In this document: piece after piece, positions 39,487-52,942 of the stretch | How the letters are laid out: each line of letters begins with the position of its first letter | Numbering within the stretch: position 1 is the stretch's first letter | Assembly: GCF_006345805.1 (NCBI RefSeq) | Contig: NC_043009.1 | Location: 65,286,001-65,350,000 of the forward strand | Source of the DNA: Octopus sinensis | Taxonomy: Eukaryota | DNA: 64,000 nt | Direction: 5' to 3' | Notes under the pieces: generated by a model | The model's database searches: none | The model's input: the letters and a program-made list of their open reading frames with translations, nothing else | What the model was told of the DNA's origin: nothing | Made by a program: the position numbers and the translations under genes

Positions 39487-39946
39487 TATACTTATTTTTT
39501 TGCCAAATAAACACACGCACTGTATATTCGTTCTTCACTTCAGCTTTGTTTTATTATTATTTTTATGTCCTTTGTCTGGAAATCTGAAATGAAGAACGAC
39601 TATGTAGTGCGTGTGTTCCTTTGACAAAAAAAAAAAACAGAAAAGTTACAGTCCCGAAATAGAACAATATCTGTTTCAAAACACGATTTCACAGCAAGAA
39701 TCTTGCAAAACAAACAGATAAACGTATATAACCACAAAGGCGTTGGAATTTTCCCTTTCTCCTTTTCGATGAAGAGCTGTGCTTGAAACACCAAACTCTC
39801 TTTTCATCGAGCATCAAGCCAATGTATTCGTTCAGCGCGTCCTCATGTTGACCATTAATATTGTCATTCGTTTATTTGAATCTATTGTTTATTTGAATTG
39901 ACGAATATATTTATACATAAATACATACATACATATATATATATAT

Positions 39947-39992
<46 letters not shown>

Positions 39993-39996
39993 CGCC

Positions 39997-40390
39997 GCAG
40001 GAGTGGCTGTGTAGTAAATGGCTTGCTTACCAACCACATGGTTCCGGGTTCAGTCCCACTGCATGGCACCTATGGCAGGTGTTATCTACTATAATCTCTA
40101 GACGACCAAAGCCTTGTGAGTGGATTTGGTAAGTGGAAGCTCGAAGAAGCCCGTCGTATATATATATATATACATATATATGTGTGTGTGTGTGTGGGTG
40201 TGTGTTTGCTCACCCCAACATTGCTTGGTAACCGATGCTGCTGTGTTTACGCCCCCGTAACATGGCGGTTCGGCAAAATTGACCGATAGACTAAGTTCTA
40301 AGCTTACAAAGAATAAGTTCTGGGTTCGATTTGCTCAGCTAAAGGCGGTGTTCCAGCATGGCCACAGTCAAATTACTGAAACAAGTAAAA
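39997..40390 (+). mobile_element. SINE-B
   Basis: GCAGGAGTGGCTGTG head through tail GAAACAAGTAAAA. Confidence 0.88.
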
Positions 40391-40394
40391 CAAG

Positions 40395-40425
<31 letters not shown>

Positions 40426-40452
40426 CTGTCTGTCTGTCTGTATGTATGTATG

Positions 40453-40800
40453 TAAAGCTGGACTCAGTAAAGCTGGACTCATGAGTCATCATCGTAGTCA
40501 TAAAACGAGACAGATGAATGACAACCTGGCCACTGGTGGTGGCGTAAAACACCATACTAATCATAACTGTCGGGCATGTGGAAGAGAGTGTAATTCGGCA
40601 GGAGGATTTAAACGACATGCAAAGGTACATGAAGCCCAGTTACAACCACAGCCGGCTATTACCGGTAAAGGTTTTAGTTGCCAATTTTGTACAAGACATT
40701 GTAGATCTTTAGCTGGGCTAAAAAGTCACATTCGATCACAGCACCAGTAACGGTTAACTTCGTGCAATGGCCATACTCGATAACGAGGGGGCAGCCATAA
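40453..40800 (+). mobile_element. 3' end of RTE-type LINE: C-terminal C2H2-like zinc fingers plus 3' UTR
   Basis: GLMSHHRSH; CRACGRECNSAGGFKRHAKVH; CQFCTRHCRSLAGLKSHIRSQH*; 50-nt UTR, then (TGTA)n at 40801-41085; no TGEKPY linkers. Confidence 0.7.
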
Positions 40801-41566
40801 TGTATGTATGTATGTATGTATGTATGTATGTATGTATGTATGTATGTATGTATGTATGTATGTATGTATGTATGTATGCATGTATGTGTGTATGTATGTA
40901 TGTATGTATGTATGTATGTATGTATGTATGTATGTATGCATGTATGTGTGAATGTATGTATGTATGTATGTATGCATGTATGTATGTATGTATGTATGTA
41001 TGTATGTATGCATGTATGTATGTATGTATGTATGTATGTATGTATGTATGTATGTATGTATGTATGTATGTATGTATGTATGTATAAGGACAGATTTCTA
41101 AGAAGACTCCCAATTATTTTTCTGCTGACCAAAGTGAAGAATAGGATGTTTTCATATTATTTCAATCCCCACAGTTAAGAACTTGAAAAAGCAATTACAG
41201 AGTTTCTCTACATTATATGTTTGGTTATTCTGAAAGTACTGTCATATATATATGTACATCTGTCTATCTGTCTATGTTTCTATGTTTTTACGTATCTATT
41301 TATCATTCTATCTAATTACCTATCTGTCTGTCTGTCTGAATATATACTTTCCTTCTTTCAGTCACTTTTGCTAATTTTTCTTTTATGGCAAAAGACTAGC
41401 GTCCGAAACGTTGGGGTTCCTTTTCCTTTCCATTCAAGTGCTATGCTAATATTTCATCTGTTGAAACTTGTTGAAACTTCTCCATCTTAAGCATTTCTCT
41501 TGTCTTTGCTGAATCATTATTTGTGTGTATGGGTGCGCCTGATTATAATATATATTCACACATATG

Positions 41567-41627
<61 letters not shown>

Positions 41628-41676
41628 GCATATATATATAAAGATACATATATACATATATATATATGCACATACC

Positions 41677-41714
<38 letters not shown>

Positions 41715-42495
41715 CAACACACATAGACATGTATGTACACACACACACGCACACACATATATATATATATGCATGTATGTTTGTATGTGTGTATGTATGG
41801 GATCTTAGACGCGTTAAGTATCGAGATGCGAAAGAGCGTAGTTGCCTCACTGCTTACAATTTACTCGGCGCACTGGGATGGTGAATAAACGATTGGCTGG
41901 TTTCCATTGACATTTTGTTCAAGGATTCGACGATGGACAGTTGAGGATTCCGACAGAACAACAGGGAATTCTTTTATAGGACTGACATCGATTAATTTTC
42001 TTCGCGCTGAACAATTTTACATTATTATTCTTGTTATTGTTATTATTATTATCATTATTACTTTCTTCATTTCTTCAATATCATCATCATCATCATCACC
42101 ATCACCACAACCATTACCATCATCACCGTCACTATTAACATCCTCCTCCTCCACCTGCCCCTCCCCCCCTCATCCCCTCCTCCTCCTCCTCCTCATTATC
42201 AGCCGCATTGTTATTGTTATAATGTTTGCCATATGTTTCTCCTGAAGCGATGTATTAAATATATTTCCCTTTAATAGCAAATCGTCACATTTTCCCCTCT
42301 CACTAACCCTCATTCACTCTCTCACTCTCTCTCTCTCTTCCTGTGTCACCCTCCAAAATGGCGACTTTACTATTAAAATGGCGACTTCCTCTGATGATTG
42401 CCACTGGTTTGTTAACCTCATTCTCGTAAAGCCAGTTTGTCTGACTTTTTTTCATGAACCTGTTCTCGCGAAGTTTGCGTGCAAGCAAGTATTTC

Positions 42496-42561
<66 letters not shown>

Positions 42562-42729
42562 CGTAGTAGCAGCAGCAGCAGCAATTGTTGCTGCTTGTTA
42601 ATAATCTCACTAAAGTTGTTCTTACTTGTGTTGTTTTGCCGTTAATGTAATTGTTTTCTCGATTTTGCTGCTATATGAAGAGTTCCGCAGGGAAACGGAT
42701 ATATATATATATATACACATATATATATT

Positions 42730-42766
<37 letters not shown>

Positions 42767-42836
42767 ATATCTGTGTGTGTGTGTGGGTGTGGGTGTATGT
42801 GTTTGTGTATGTATGTATATATGTATGTATATGTAT

Positions 42837-42867
<31 letters not shown>

Positions 42868-42892
42868 CATACATATATACATACATACACAA

Positions 42893-42958
<66 letters not shown>

Positions 42959-43106
42959 CTATGAATGTATGTGTGTATGTATGTATGTTTGTGCGTGTGT
43001 GTGTCTATTTGTCTATGTATATGCGTGTGTTCATATGTATGTGTGTGTATAAGTATATTTGTAAGTAAATTTACATTTATGCTTGTCTTTTTCGTGTATA
43101 TATAGT

Positions 43107-43147
<41 letters not shown>

Positions 43148-43365
43148 AAGCCCTATAAAGAGGAAAATATTCTCATTGAATTGTTAACTGTGTCACTGGC
43201 AACTGTGACATTAAAGTATCGGGGATCTAAACTGAAGATAGGCGCTTTGTTTCGTATCACCAGCGTGAATTTTGTTGCCAATCACCCAGCAAGCAACCTA
43301 TCTGATCTAGAAGACGAAAATAGATTTTAAATGTGTTGTCGCATATTATATAATATCTTATATTC

Positions 43366-43980
43366 TAGTACTACTCAAAGTGGTGGCCCACGGACCGGTG
43401 CTGGTCTGCCAGCCATCAAATGCGAGTACGCGGCGAGTTTCCAGAAGAGAAACCAAAAACAATATTATAATGCCAGGAATTTCGCCTTATGCACTGCAGT
43501 AAACAATTTATCAACTTATGTAACGTTATGTTATTTGTTTACAAAATAAATATGCGATAAAAAAAATCGTCAACTTTTATTTTATTCATTATATATATTG
43601 TTTCCGGTATAAATTAATATTATGTTGAGGCGCGTGGCTTAGTGGTTAGTGTGTCAGCATCATGATCGTAAGATTGTGGTTTCGATTCCTGGACCGAGCG
43701 ACGCTTTGTGTTCTTGAGCAAAACACTTCATTTCACGTTGTTCTAGTCCACTCAGCTGACAAAATTGAGTAACGCTGCAATGGACCTGCGTCCCGTCCAG
43801 CTGGGGAACACATACGCCATTGAAACCAGGAAACCGGGCTCATGAACCTGGCTAGGCTTTAAAAGGGCGCATTTATTTTTTTTATAACCTAATATTACTA
43901 AGAATTATTACCGGTTCTTGGCACATTGGAAACAAAAAAAAACTGCCGGTACACCACATCAGATAGTTTGAGGAGCACTG
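43366..43980. mobile_element. hAT (Charlie/MER5-like) MITE interrupted by a SINE
   Basis: Left end TAGTACTACTCAAAGTGGTGGCCCACGGACCGGTG; right end reverse complement CAGTGCTCCTCAAAC; 8-bp TSD not conserved. Confidence 0.6.
43626..43876 (+). mobile_element. CORE-like SINE with a different tRNA head but tail L
   Basis: GTGTTCTTGAGCAAAACACTTCATTTCACGTTG core; 3' part matches the tail of the 38627 copy. Confidence 0.78.
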
Positions 43981-44382
43981 TTACTACGCAACAACAACAC
44001 TTCTACGAATAATTTTCATCTTCTTGAAATATATAATACGAAACCGCTGTGTTTTTACCCGGTTCTGCACACAAAGTTATCATAGATGATTCACACAATC
44101 AATCGCCTCCTCGTTACAGCCGAATACTTCACAAATCTACATATGAAAGAAGCAGGTACCAAGTGACCCGTCTCCCGTATTACCGCGTAACGCCAGGGAA
44201 TATCAGATATAGGCATTTATTACATTGTACATAGGGAACATACCATATACACGTCATACAAATATATTGAGCGTTGCATAAAACTGCAGTGGGAAGCATG
44301 TTGAAGACATTGGTAGTGGAGGTCCAGCTACGCACACTGTATTATGAAGGCAGCGGCAGGTATTATAACTTAATAACGGAAA

Positions 44383-44779
44383 TCTTTATATATAAAAGTG
44401 AGGTTGTGTGCTGTCTGTCTCCTACGATTTAGATTCCTAACTACTCCCACATTTTGCGGTGCAGTTTAACCAAAACCGGGTATCTTATAGTCGTGATTCA
44501 TATCGAGCCCTTCTGGGTATTATCGTGCGTCTACGATGAGTCTACGATTTAAGAAAAAAAATACCATCAATTTTTCCCATTTTTAATGCATTTTTGGCAT
44601 ATATAAGGGAAGTAACTCTCTAAAAATTTATTATTAGATCTCAGAACGTAAAAAGCTACAGTAACACTCCACCCTTTGTGGTTAGCCATATTGAGATGGC
44701 TATTATACTTTACATCTCTAAAAATGCTTATATAGTTATTTCCCTTACAAACCCGAGCAACGCCGGGCGATACTGCTAG
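44383..44779 (+). mobile_element. Non-autonomous Helitron
   Basis: A|TCTTTATATATAAAAG start; CCCGAGCAACGCCGGG hairpin, 8 nt, CTAG|T end; no TSD. Confidence 0.88.
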
Positions 44780-45101
44780 TAAATAATAAAAAAGATTTGT
44801 ATGTTAGATTTGCCTTGTATTTGGTAATTCTCTCTGGTCCCCATTCTTTCTGCAAGAAACAACAATAAACAAAATAGATGAGGAAACAGTTAACTTAATA
44901 TCCTGAAATGTGGCAAGCACATATACCAATATACCAACTAGACAACGAAACAAATATACTAAGAATTAGGCTCTGCAGTTGGAGTAAATGACGTAGCATG
45001 CTGTTCAAAGCTTCGCCTTTGCTGTCATCGCATACACTATTACCACAACCCAAAACAGGAAAAATTGCCCGTCTGCTTTATCCCAGGACTCTATTACAAC
45101 A

Positions 45102-45490
45102 GTGGAGACGCAATGGCCCAGTGGTTAGGGCAGCGAACTCGCGGTCATAGGATCGCGGTTTCGATTCCCAGACCGGGCGTTGTGAGTGTTTATTGAGCGA
45201 AAACACCTAAAGCTCCACGAGGCTCCGGCAGGGGATGGTGGTGATCCCTGCTGTACTCTTTCACCACAACTTTCTCTCACTCTTACTTCCTGTTTCTGTT
45301 GTACCTGTATTTCAAAGGGCCGGCCTTGTCACTCTCTGTGTCACGCTGAATATCCCCGAGAACTACGTTAAGGGTACACGTGTCTGTGGAGTGCTCAGCC
45401 ACTTACACGTTAATTTCACGAGCAGGCTGTTCTGTTGATTTGATCGGATCAACCGGAACCCTCGTCGTCGTAACCGACGAAGTGCTTCCA
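45102..45490 (+). mobile_element. SINE-C, tail M
   Basis: tRNA-like head; tail ends GTCGTAACCGACGAAGTGCTTCC; TSD ATTACAACA. Confidence 0.9.
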
Positions 45491-45574
45491 CATTACAACA
45501 CCTGAGTTGCTCGAAATAAGAACCAAATCTTCGTCATTTTGTTCCCTATTTCTTATAACTTATATAAGAACTGA

Positions 45575-45892
45575 GTGGAGGCGCAATGGCCCAGTGGTTA
45601 GGGCAGCGGTCTCGCGGTCGGAGGATCGCGGTTTCGATTCCCAGACCGGGCGCTGTGTGTGTTTATTGAGTGAAAACACCTAAGGCTCCACGAGCTCCGG
45701 TAGGGGGTGGTGGCGACCTTTGTTGTAGTCTTTCGCCCCAACTTTCTCTCACACTCTCTTCCTGTTTCTTGAGTAACGCTGCGATGGACTGATGTCCCGT
45801 CCAGCTGGGGGGAACATATACACCATAGAAACCAGGAAACCGGGCCCATGAGCCAGGCTAGGCTTCAAAAGGGCGCATAGATAAATAATAAA
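45575..45892 (+). mobile_element. SINE-C, tail L
   Basis: Same head as 45102; TSD AAGAACTGA. Confidence 0.9.
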
Positions 45893-46300
45893 TACAAGAA
45901 CTGATAATGATTTTGTCTTATATACACCTAAGAAGGTAATATGGCTTAGCTGGAATGATTTAGATCACAGGTATGTAGAAAGCGCTAATACATGATCTAA
46001 GTCATATGATGTATAAAAATATGTAATATACAAATAAATATCTGTAAATATAAAACTATCTGAATTTCTGAGTACCTCATTTTTTCTAACATATATATAT
46101 ATATATATAATTAAATTGCTTTCCAAACTTACAGTAGAAAAAGTCTCAATGACAGGAACCGGTACTGAAATGTTCTTTCTAAAATTATTTTATCATTTTC
46201 TACCTTGACTTTTTTTCCATAAAATATATTTATCCTTCGAGAAAAAATTCCTCCTGAGAACGACCATATTCATTATATTCAATGAATATTCATTATATTC

Positions 46301-46414
46301 GTGTGACACCTTACGTAAGTATCTTCTACTATAGCCACAGGCTGACCAAAACCATGTGAGTAGATTTGGTAGACGGAAATTGAAAGGAGCCCGTTGTATA
46401 TGTATGTATGTATG
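46301..46414 (+). mobile_element. 5' part of a SINE-B split by the Tc1 insertion (3' part ~48070-48190)
   Basis: The two halves join through TATG repeats across the TA target site. Confidence 0.85.
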
Positions 46415-46416
46415 TA

Positions 46417-48067
46417 CACTACCGTCAGAAATTAATTAGCACCCTTGATTTTCTCTTCACTCAAGGTATTTGCTGTCACCTAGTGGCCATATCTCGAACT
46501 ATTGCTTTGTTGTGAGTTCACTGTTGCGCAGAACGATGACGTAACTTTGTTTGCAGAGCAGTTTGAGAGTCTACAGCCTAATGATGTTGACATAGCAGTG
46601 CAACAACAACTTGGATTGCGGATGCAGACAAATCTTCCTTTGTTTAATAGATATAGGTAGCGCCTCGCAAGGACCGAAATCACACCGTACTAAGTTTTCT
46701 CATCGCGTAAGACGTTTTGAACAGCTCGTAGGTTAATTGATTTGTGTATTTGCAAGATTTTTTTCCCTCACAAATTCTCCTACACTCTGCTTGATGACGT
46801 CACTTCTGGTTCACAAAACTTTCTGTTATACATCAAATAAGGTGAGAAATTCTGCTTTCTTTCTTTTTTGTTTAATGAATAATAACTCATAGCAGTTTTG
46901 TTATAGCATAACATTATTCAAATGAATAGTTTTAATGAAAATAACTGGTTTTTATCGTTCATTCCTAGATGGGCCCAAGACCTCGCATGACCTTGGAGAG
47001 ACGGTACAAGGCTCTCTCGTGGCGTGGGAAGCTGTCGGAGGCTGCAATAGCCAGAAAACTTGGTGTAGCCAGGCGCACAATTCAGTGCTTATTTAAGAAA
47101 TACGAGGAAACCGGATGAGCAGCTGACAAAAAGGGTAGGGGACGGAAGAGGCTGACGACCCAGCGGGAGGACCGGATGCTGATCCGAAAGTCGCTGTACA
47201 ACCGAAGGGCAACGAGCCAGCAACTGGCGGAGGAGATGCAAAAGATGACAGGGAAGCAGTTGTCTACAACCACCGTCAAGACCAGATTACTGGAAGCTGG
47301 TCTAAAATCCTGTAGGGCCGCCCATAAGCCGCTCCTTACAGCCCAAAACTGGAAGAGGCGGCTGCTCTGGGCCCGTGCCCACAAGACATGGACCGTGCAG
47401 CAGTGGTGGACAGTGATGTTCACTGACGAGTCGCGATTCAGTCTCGTCAGTGACAAGCCTGTCCATGTGCGACGCCGCAGGGGTGAGCGCTTCAACAAAG
47501 ACTGCATTGCTCTCACCATGAAGCATGGTGGGGGTGGTCTGATGGTGGTGAGGGCGTTCAGCTACAGTGGTGTTGGGCGGCTCTATGCCGTCGAAGGCAA
47601 CATCAACGCAGCAAAGTACGTTGAGATAGTACGGGATACCTCTTTGGTGGCGAGGAGTACGTGCTCCAGCAGGACAACGTGCCTTCCCACACAGCCAAGC
47701 TCACAACCGGTTTCTTCAAGGACCATGGGGTGACGGTCATGGACTGGCCTGGCCAGTCACCTGACCTGAACCGACACAAGCTGTTTGGGGCACTTCTTGC
47801 TGCATGGAGGGCCATCCCTGCACAGTACCTGCAGGCACTCATAGACAGCATGCCGACCCGCGTAGCAGCTGTCATTGCTGCCAAAGGAGGAGCAACAAGA
47901 TATTGACTAAATTTCACGATTAATAACAATTATGTGCTGTGCTGGGATATGTTTTAATAAATTTTTGATTATAAACGGGTTCGTTTCTGATAATAAGTTA
48001 ATTAAATTAAGAAAATGTAAGAAAATGTAGAAATTTGAGAAGTGCTAATTAATTTCCGACGCAAGTG
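46417..48067 (+). mobile_element. Tc1-like DNA transposon, 1651 bp, non-autonomous
   Basis: 26-bp TIRs CACT(AC/TG)CGTC(A/G)GAAATTAATTAGCAC (23/26 identical); TA duplications at 46415-46416 and 48068-48069. Confidence 0.95.
46969..47906 (+). pseudogene. Tc1-family transposase pseudogene
   Basis: N-terminal HTH (AAIARKLGVARRTIQ), GRKR linker, FTDESRF, GGGLMV, QQDN, WPGQSPDLN, GGATRY. Lesions: stop at 47116-47118, frameshift near 47640, and an in-frame deletion removing the catalytic E after SPDLN. Confidence 0.93.
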
Positions 48068-48644
48068 TATGTATGTATGTATGTATGTATGTATGTGTGT
48101 GTATGTGTGTGTTTGTGTTTGTTCCCCTCCATCGCTTGACAACCGATGTTGGTGTGTTTACATCCTCGTAACTTAGCGGTTCGGCAAATAACATGGATCA
48201 TATAATATACTACTGGAAGTCTGTACCTCATTTCCCCTTGTTATGCTCACACCATTTTACTATGCTGTACTTCACTTATATTCTTGAGTTTGCTCTTTCT
48301 CTTATCCTTATTGCTATTTTTATTCTACTCTATTTAAAAGGATAAATACACCCCAGCTATTCTTAACTGACTTTTATATGTGTTAGCCCCCACCCAACTA
48401 ACCACTCAGACCCGCTGAAAAAGCCTAGGGTCACAGCCATTATCCAAGTCTTGTCTGCTCGTCCCCGAATAACACTGAAGTTATAGAGATAACCTGGAAG
48501 ATTTCGTTGCCTCTTGGCAGAAAGGGCCGTAAGGAACAAGTACCTGTATACCCATTTAGTTTTTTGCCAATTTGCCCACTTGATCCTATATGCTTATATG
48601 TATTCACACCCTTGTTTATGCAGCTACCAGTTTTTTCCACTCGC

Positions 48645-48795
48645 TAATCTGTACCACTCATACAAGTGTAGACAACAAACAGATGTATAGTTTAACGCTC
48701 GGGAAGTGAAACGCCTTTAACGTTTCGAGCCTAAGCTCTTCCACAGAAAGGAACTCAGAAAGAAACAAGGACAGAAAATAAAGAGAGATAATAGA
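48645..48795 (-). mobile_element. Penelope-like terminal-repeat remnant, copy 3
   Basis: Homologous to 18566 and 20541. Confidence 0.6.
48714..48751 (-). ncRNA. Minimal hammerhead-like motif with CUGUGGA core
   Basis: CCTTT-CTGTGGA-A-GAGC-TTAG-GCTC-GAAACGTT-AAAGG. Confidence 0.58.
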
Positions 48796-48797
48796 GA

Positions 48798-48878
<81 letters not shown>

Positions 48879-48929
48879 TATATGAATATACCCTTTATAT
48901 ATGTACCTGATAATATATATATATATATA

Positions 48930-49370
48930 GGCGCGGGAGTTGTTGTGTGATATGAAGCTTACTTACAAACCACATGGTTCCGAGTTCAGTCCCGCGGCGT
49001 GACACCTTACGTAAGTATCTTCTACTATAGCCACAGGCCGACCAAAATCATGTGAGTGGATTTGGTAGACGGAAATTGAAAAGAGCCCGTTGTATATATA
49101 TGTATGTATGTATGTATGCATGTATGTATGTATGTATGTATTATGTATGTATGTATGTGTGTGTGTATGTGTGTGTGTGTTTGTGTTTGTTCCCCTCCAT
49201 CGCTTGACAACCGATGTTGGTGTGTTTACATCCCCGTAACTTAGCGTTTCGGCATAGGACACCGTTAGAATAAGTACCATGCTTACAAAGAATAAGTCAT
49301 GGGGTCGATTTGTTCTACTAAAAGTAGTGCTCCAGCATAGCCACAGTCAAATAACTGAAACAAGCAAGAA
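48930..49370 (+). mobile_element. SINE-B; halves duplicated at 50143-50345 (tail) and 50378-50545 (head)
   Basis: The duplicated halves appear base-identical, including private mutations. Confidence 0.88.
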
Positions 49371-49381
49371 TATATATCATA

Positions 49382-49482
<101 letters not shown>

Positions 49483-49733
49483 TCATGCATAGGCATCTAT
49501 ATATGTAGAAATGTTGTGTCTGCTTATATGAATATATTGCGTTACATATATATTTATGCGTGTGTACACCTGTAATTAATATCTGTATGTGCGAGTGTCA
49601 GTTCGTTGGACAGGTGTGATTATAACAACGAAGAACCTTGTTTTTCATTGTTTATTCACAATTTCCATTCAACGAAGAATACAATAGAAGAATAAGGAAT
49701 TGCCACTACTGATCCGATTGGACCATACCGAAC

Positions 49734-49825
<92 letters not shown>

Positions 49826-52723
49826 GTATGTATGCATGTATGTATGTATGTATTATGTATGTATGTATTATGTATGTATGTATGTATGTATGTATGCATG
49901 TATGTATGTATGCATGTATGTATGTATGTATGCATGTATGTATGTATGCATGTATGTATGTATGCATGTATGTATGTATGTATGTATGTATGTATGTATG
50001 TATGTATTATGTATGTATGTATGTATTATGTATGTATGTATTATGTATGTATGTATGTATGTATGTATGTATGCATGTATGTATGTATGTATTATGTATG
50101 TATGTATTATGTATGTATGTATGTATGCATGTATGTATGTATGTGTGTGTGTGTTTGTGTTTGTTCCCCTCCATCGCTTGACAACCGATGTTGGTGTGTT
50201 TACATCCCCGTAACTTAGCGTTTCGGCATAGGACACCGTTAGAATAAGTACCATGCTTACAAAGAATAAGTCATGGGGTCGATTTGTTCTACTAAAAGTA
50301 GTGCTCCAGCATAGCCACAGTCAAATAACTGAAACAAGCAAGAATATATATCATATATATGTATATATATATATATAGGCGCGGGAGTTGTTGTGTGATA
50401 TGAAGCTTACTTACAAACCACATGGTTCCGAGTTCAGTCCCGCGGCGTGACACCTTACGTAAGTATCTTCTACTATAGCCACAGGCCGACCAAAATCATG
50501 TGAGTGGATTTGGTAGACGGAAATTGAAAAGAGCCCGTTGTATATATATGTATGTATATATATATATATGCAGAGAGGTGTGGAGAAGTGTGGCGTATAC
50601 TTATCTATGTATATTCTTCCGACTTTTATACGATAACTCTTTCCAAGTAACCACTTGTGTTTGAATGAGTCTTTTTTCTCCCGAAGCGTACACGCTGTTG
50701 CGGAGATGGTTCATAGTATTTCAAGCTAAAATCGTTTCGTGAAGAAGGAGTGAGGAAATTTGCACATTATAGCTTTGTTTTCTAAACAGCTATTGTCATT
50801 TCTATTTTAAGCGAGATCGAAAGGGACACGTAGAGAAAACAGTTCTAAGAAAGAGAACAGCTATGAAGAGAGATCTGAATAGAAGATAGATAGGGAGAAA
50901 AGGATAGACAGAAGACCACGGAGGGAAACTAATTCAGAGAGGATAAGAAGAGAGAGAGGGAGAGAGAATGAGAGAGAAAGGAGAAAAAGGGAGATAAGTA
51001 GATCGAGACAGAGGGAGTGTGAAAAAAAGCGATTGGTGGTGATAGCAAGAGACAGGTTTCCGGAAATGAAATGTGGTTTTCTGAATTGTATCTCAAGGGG
51101 TAGACAAGAATAGGCAATATCTTAATTGAAAATCCGGTTTAATAATATCGATCGGTTAACTATGGAGACGGGGATGTAGAGTGAGGAGCTGCAGTTTGGG
51201 GCAAAGGTATATGGGGGTCGGAGGTATTTGTAGGATGTGGGGTGATGGTAAGAGTTAGATGGGTCTTGTTTCTATATGACCCCTACGTAGACATAATATG
51301 AGAATTCTTCGCTTCACTGGTGTAGTTTTGAGTTTAGGGGATACAGACTTATATACATAAAAAACATATATACATACATACACACACACACACACACATA
51401 AAATACACATATTATATATATATATATACACACACACACATATATATATACATATATATAATATACATATACATTCATATATACACACACACGCACACAC
51501 ACACACATATACACACATGCACACACAACACACACACATATATATATACATATATACATATATTATATAATAAAATCATATATATATATTATATATATTA
51601 TATATATATAAATATACACGCACACACAAAGAGAAAATGGAGATTGATGTATACACAAATGGATGGAGTTAGATGTTGAAATTTAATGAATGTGTAGTCA
51701 TATAAATCATACGCGAACACACGCATTTCTTATTTTCATTTACATGTGTGTATATATGTATGTATGTATGTATGTATGTTGCGTGTGTGTGTGTGTGTGT
51801 GTTTGTATATTTGTGTCTGCTTACAAGCGAGAAAAGTGTTCTACAATGCGTAGGTAAGTGCGCATAGGTGTGAAGCTTGTATGCTTTTAGAGTCTAAAGT
51901 ATAAACCTGAAAGGAATTTCATCAGTTGCTTCATAAAGTGTGCAACTCTGAAACTCAGGAAGAACCAAACGAATAAAGAACAGACAAGAAAAGAAGGAAA
52001 AAAAATGCAATCAATTCTTCGATTGTTGGCCGAGTACCCAAAGGTTAGTGAAGTTTGTGTTTTCCTGTTGTTATTTTTGGGATAGCAATGAAGTCAAAAA
52101 GGAGATCGTTAGGAGCCACTTCAACCAATGAGGAATTGTTTTGAAAGATATCCAGACACTCTTGTAAAAGATGAAAAATCACTGATTCTCCCTTTCTTTT
52201 CCTCTCTCTTTCTCTCATCGGCATTTCTCTCCCTATCTCAATCGTGTTCTTTCTGCCTGTCTACTTCTCTTTATCTCTCTAAACCTTTACTGCTCTCTCT
52301 CACTCTCTTCTGTTTTTCACATTGTGTATTTAGGTTCCAATATTTCTTCACTATTTCCTCCTCGTTTGGTCTTTCAGGAGAAATTCCTCCCAAACTTATT
52401 TGACAGCTGCTTCTGTTAAAAAGACAAATTAATTAAATAGAAAGATTTAAATTGGAAGTATAATGGCGAGAGATGAAACCAGATGAAACCAGACGGAAGC
52501 AGATGGCCTGACCCGGTCAAATATCGGTCATTTGAGATAGCACTTGAAAATTTGGGCGATGACTTTTGTTAAGTTATGAAGAAATTTACCTTTTTCTTTT
52601 CAGAAAATGATCATGAAGTCTTCTGGAAAATCTAAAAACTTATTTAAACATGGCTGTATGATGAAGAATTGTGGTTCGCAACTATATGGTTCTGTGTTCG
52701 ATTCTGCCAATGTGAGAGATTAA

Positions 52724-52942
52724 CCCTTTAGTATTTAAACCGGCCATATCTGGCCAAAATAGCTAATCTGTTTTATGTTCAAACTGACCAGATCCAGGCT
52801 CTCACACCTACCCTACAATGTTATTCTACATTAAATAATTACACCATCAAGATCTTGAAGATATGAGATAATGCATGATTAATTCAAATCAATGGGAATC
52901 AATAAGCATTATGTTTGATAGAATAATCTGAACACTAAAGGG
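52724..52942. mobile_element. piggyBac-like MITE (219 bp)
   Basis: TTAA|CCCTTTAGT...ACTAAAGGG|TTAA; TTAA at 52720-52723 and 52943-52946. Confidence 0.88.

Noticed and set aside
40358-40750. Host C2H2 zinc-finger gene
   Set aside because: No TGEKPY linkers; 5' end is microsatellite/SINE; short UTR plus simple-repeat tail fits a LINE 3' end better.
41385-41420. GACTAGCGTCCGAAACGTT hammerhead-like half
   Set aside because: The CUGANGA core is absent.
45102-45180. tRNA gene calls for SINE heads (also 5832-5902, 38627, 45575)
   Set aside because: A/B boxes are present but run into SINE bodies; no complete acceptor stem or clean cloverleaf.
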